Source of the DNA: a virus
Taxonomy: Duplodnaviria > Caudoviricetes
Direction: 5' to 3' (one strand)
Virus record (IMG/VR): IMGVR_UViG_3300037515_000667
Location: 1 to 35,591 of that record
Length of the DNA stretch: 35,591 bases
In this document: one piece after another, positions 33,447 to 35,591 of the stretch
How positions within the stretch are numbered: the stretch's first letter is position 1
How the letters are laid out: each line of letters begins with the position of its first letter
The notes under the pieces: generated by a model
Told to the model about the DNA's origin: nothing
What the model saw: the letters and a program-made list of their open reading frames with translations, nothing else
Databases searched by the model: none
Made by a program: the position numbers and the translations under genes

Positions 33447-34436
33447 CTATATCGCTCGGCAATCGGCGAGTCGCTGCGTGACATTGAGCATTTCGATGGT
33501 GTCGGCGAGGATTGCGCGTACTTCGGGGCTCATCATCTGCGTCTGGCATGGGCACCGACCGGCGTCGGTGTATCCGCGATCGTGGCAATCGTGGCACGCG
33601 ATCGGTCGAGCCGCGTGCTCGGCCAGGACTCGGGCGAGTTGCTCGGCCGACCATCGTGTTTCGTCGCGTTCGAGGCCTAGGTCATGGGCGATGGTGCGGC
33701 GTCGGCATCCGAGAGCGCGTACCTGGCGGATCATCAGCAGGCGATCGGCGGCGGCGCATCTGGCCGGTCGGTCGTCGATCCATGCTCGGCATCGTGTCAC
33801 GATGACGCCGGGCGGTGGATCGCCTTGGAGGATGTCCCGCAGTCCCAGCTCGGTCAGATCGTCGATTTTTGCGATGATCCGTCCGGCGGTGCGTGGGTTG
33901 ACGCGGATGCATTTCATCTTTTTTTTCAACTCCCCCACCGCCGCCGACGTTAGGGATGCAGATTCGTCGCGCTGGCTCCCATTTTCGGATCGCGGTGCGT
34001 CGCGTCGGCGGTTGAGTCTAGTTCTCTTGGTATAGTTGTGTACCGCTGGCGGTACACTACGGGGCTCATTTTGGGACACTACGGCGCCATTTTTTGCGTC
34101 TAGTGTCCCGCTGGCGGGACACAAAGGCGGCGTCTTGTGTCCCGCCAGCGGGACACTACGTGTGTGCGATGTTAGGGTATAGCGATTCGTTTTTCGGCCC
34201 TCGCCGGTGTCTATTCGAATCAGCCCGGCGCGGTCTAGTATGTCGATCGCGCGGGCGGTCGCGGATAGGCTCAATCCGCTATCGGCGGCTAGTCTGCGCA
34301 TCCCCGGCCAGGCCAGGATATTGCCGCCCATGCGTGAGCCGATCGCGGCGTACACGATCTTGGCGGCGGGAGTGATGTCTGTGCGGCGGGCGAGCCAGTC
34401 CGGCAGTTTTGACCATTTGCTGCCGTCGCCCGCCAT
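33447..34436 (-). CDS. Phage replication initiator with N-terminal winged HTH (lambda O/HTH_36-like), 329 aa
   Basis: ATG at 34436. ITPAAKIVY...AWPGMRRLAADSGLS...RAIDILDRAGLI...TNRYTL, followed by an iteron-bearing linker. C-terminal CHDC...CPC. Confidence 0.8.
   Translation of the reverse strand: MAGDGSKWSKLPDWLARRTDITPAAKIVYAAIGSRMGGNILAWPGMRRLAADSGLSLSATARAIDILDRAGLIRIDTGEGRKTNRYTLTSHTRSVPLAGHKTPPLCPASGTLDAKNGAVVSQNEPRSVPPAVHNYTKRTRLNRRRDAPRSENGSQRDESASLTSAAVGELKKKMKCIRVNPRTAGRIIAKIDDLTELGLRDILQGDPPPGVIVTRCRAWIDDRPARCAAADRLLMIRQVRALGCRRRTIAHDLGLERDETRWSAEQLARVLAEHAARPIACHDCHDRGYTDAGRCPCQTQMMSPEVRAILADTIEMLNVTQRLADCRAI
34038..34156. repeat. Palindromic iterons, probable replication origin inside the initiator gene
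   Basis: gtgtaccgctggcggtacac (34038), gtgtcccgctggcgggacac (34103), gtgtcccgccagcgggacac (34137), plus a half-copy gggacactacg near 34073. Confidence 0.75.
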
Positions 34437-34557
34437 CCTACGCTCCGGTGGTGGTGGTGGCGCCGAGCAGCTCGGCGACCTCGGGCGCAGCAGCCAGCAG
34501 CGGGCATGGGAACATCCCCACACGTATAGCGACTTCGGCAGCAGCCCGCAACGCCAC

Positions 34558-34618
34558 TACAGGTTTTTCTTGACTTTTACAGGTTTTTCTTGACTTCCGC
34601 CGGCGCGGAGTGTATGTT
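34558..34618 (+). promoter_or_regulatory. Sigma70-like promoter with tandem 20-bp repeat over the -35 region
   Basis: tacaggtttttcttgactt twice (period 20). TTGACT(34590)-17 nt-TATGTT(34613). Confidence 0.7.
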
Positions 34619-34698
34619 TTCCCTTGGAGTGCAGCGAGCGCTCCAAGGGAACAGCAGCGGCCCCGGAACAGCGGCGCAACGCCGCGAGGAGAACAGCA

Positions 34699-35061
34699 AT
34701 GACAGCAATGCAGCAAAATCTGAGCGTGGGCGATTGGGCCGTGGTGGTCGATGGCTATCAGGGATGGCGGCGAGACTCTGCGGCCGGTGATGGGATCACC
34801 TCGGCCTCGATGATCCTGGTGACGCGATGCCTGACGCGGGGTGAGGCTGAGTCGCTCGCATCGGACCTGACGAAGGCGCAGCCCCATGTCATGCCGGGCG
34901 ATCAAGATGTGCCCACATTCGCGGCCCGGCCGTATCGCCGCTCGGACCTCGTGTCCTGGCAAGATTCTCAAAATCCACCACGGTATCAGCGAGTCCGGAT
35001 CATGCCGTGCGACGCCGACCATATTCATCGCGGCCTGATCTTGCAAGGAGCAATGAAATGA
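34699..35061 (+). CDS. Hypothetical protein, 120 aa
   Basis: GAGGAG RBS before ATG at 34699, downstream of the promoter, stop overlaps the next ATG. Confidence 0.65.
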   Translation: MTAMQQNLSVGDWAVVVDGYQGWRRDSAAGDGITSASMILVTRCLTRGEAESLASDLTKAQPHVMPGDQDVPTFAARPYRRSDLVSWQDSQNPPRYQRVRIMPCDADHIHRGLILQGAMK

Positions 35062-35405
35062 CAATCACAATCACAACAGACAATGACGGCTACCGGTGCG
35101 ATCTGCGCGTAATGCACGGACGTGAGGGCATCGACACGATCTATCGCGCCCAGCAAATCATTGCTGAGGCGCTCAAGGCCGAGTTCGGTCTGGCCGAGTG
35201 CTGCCAGTGCGAGCCGCTCGCCCCCGGGCGTGTATCGCTCTGCCAAGCGGTCGCGAGCGTCGGAGACGCACCACCCGCCGCGCCGGTGTGCAATGGCCTC
35301 TGCGCGGAGGTGTGTCCCGAATGTTATCCGACCGCCGCGCCGGTCGAGTCGGGCAACTACATCGGCGATCGCCCCTGGCCGAGGCCGTCGGAAGAGGCTG
35401 GGTGA
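35058..35405 (+). CDS. Cys-rich hypothetical protein, 115 aa
   Basis: AAGGAG RBS, ATGA overlap, CCQC and CNGLC..CPEC motifs. Confidence 0.6.
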   Translation: MTITITTDNDGYRCDLRVMHGREGIDTIYRAQQIIAEALKAEFGLAECCQCEPLAPGRVSLCQAVASVGDAPPAAPVCNGLCAEVCPECYPTAAPVESGNYIGDRPWPRPSEEAG

Positions 35406-35591
35406 TGTTGCTCGGCCCGGTGCGCGTAGCGATAGCGGCAGGCCGCGGAAAGGAGGCGCACGAGTACAGGCAGGCGGTGCGGATGCCGCTCGGGTCACCT
35501 CCACGGTCCGTGCTGGGCACCGCATCGTCTGTGATGATCCTTTCCCCCGCGCGCCCGGTCACCTCGCTGTTCCGGGCCGGGCGCGCACCAT

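Noticed and set aside
34662-35576. 12-bp inverted repeat cccggaacagcg flanking the plus-strand genes as an invertible segment
   Set aside because: 12-bp matches are expected by chance in 35 kb of GC-rich DNA, and no recombinase is visible.
1-35591. Stop-codon reassignment or read-through fusions
   Set aside because: TAA, TAG and TGA all end genes cleanly and conserved genes are uninterrupted. The capsid-to-decoration in-frame gap contains two stops.
35405-35591. Plus-strand ORF starting at 35405 and running off the window
   Set aside because: Coupled ATG is present, but the composition is unconvincing and it crosses a GC hairpin (35549-35586). It cannot be supported without downstream sequence.

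Overview
GC-rich segment of a tailed dsDNA phage or prophage genome with podovirus-like architecture. No integrase, repressor pair, tRNA or CRISPR array was seen. 1-20612 (minus strand) is a late/virion operon. In transcription order it holds a lipoprotein, a membrane protein, portal, scaffold, major capsid protein, capsid decoration protein, head-tail adaptor, a 991-aa LamG + FN3 + purple-acid-phosphatase-type metallophosphoesterase, three tandem small paralogs, a tail nozzle-like protein and ejection-type proteins, including a >862-aa ORF missing from the ORF track. 20696-23210 is a terminase pair on the opposite strand, driven from a short bidirectional promoter region. 23236-33000 (minus) holds a recombination module (Gp3-like, RecE-like, SMC/Rad50-like ATPase), a csrA homolog and a mosaic accessory region with a perfect parS palindrome, dispersed repeats and a GH56-like protein. 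33000-33450 is non-coding, with three IHF-consensus sites and a G-rich tract (candidate packaging site). 33447-34436 is an HTH replication initiator with internal iterons, followed by a divergent promoter and small plus-strand genes. All protein assignments come from motif reading and gene order, not database searches.
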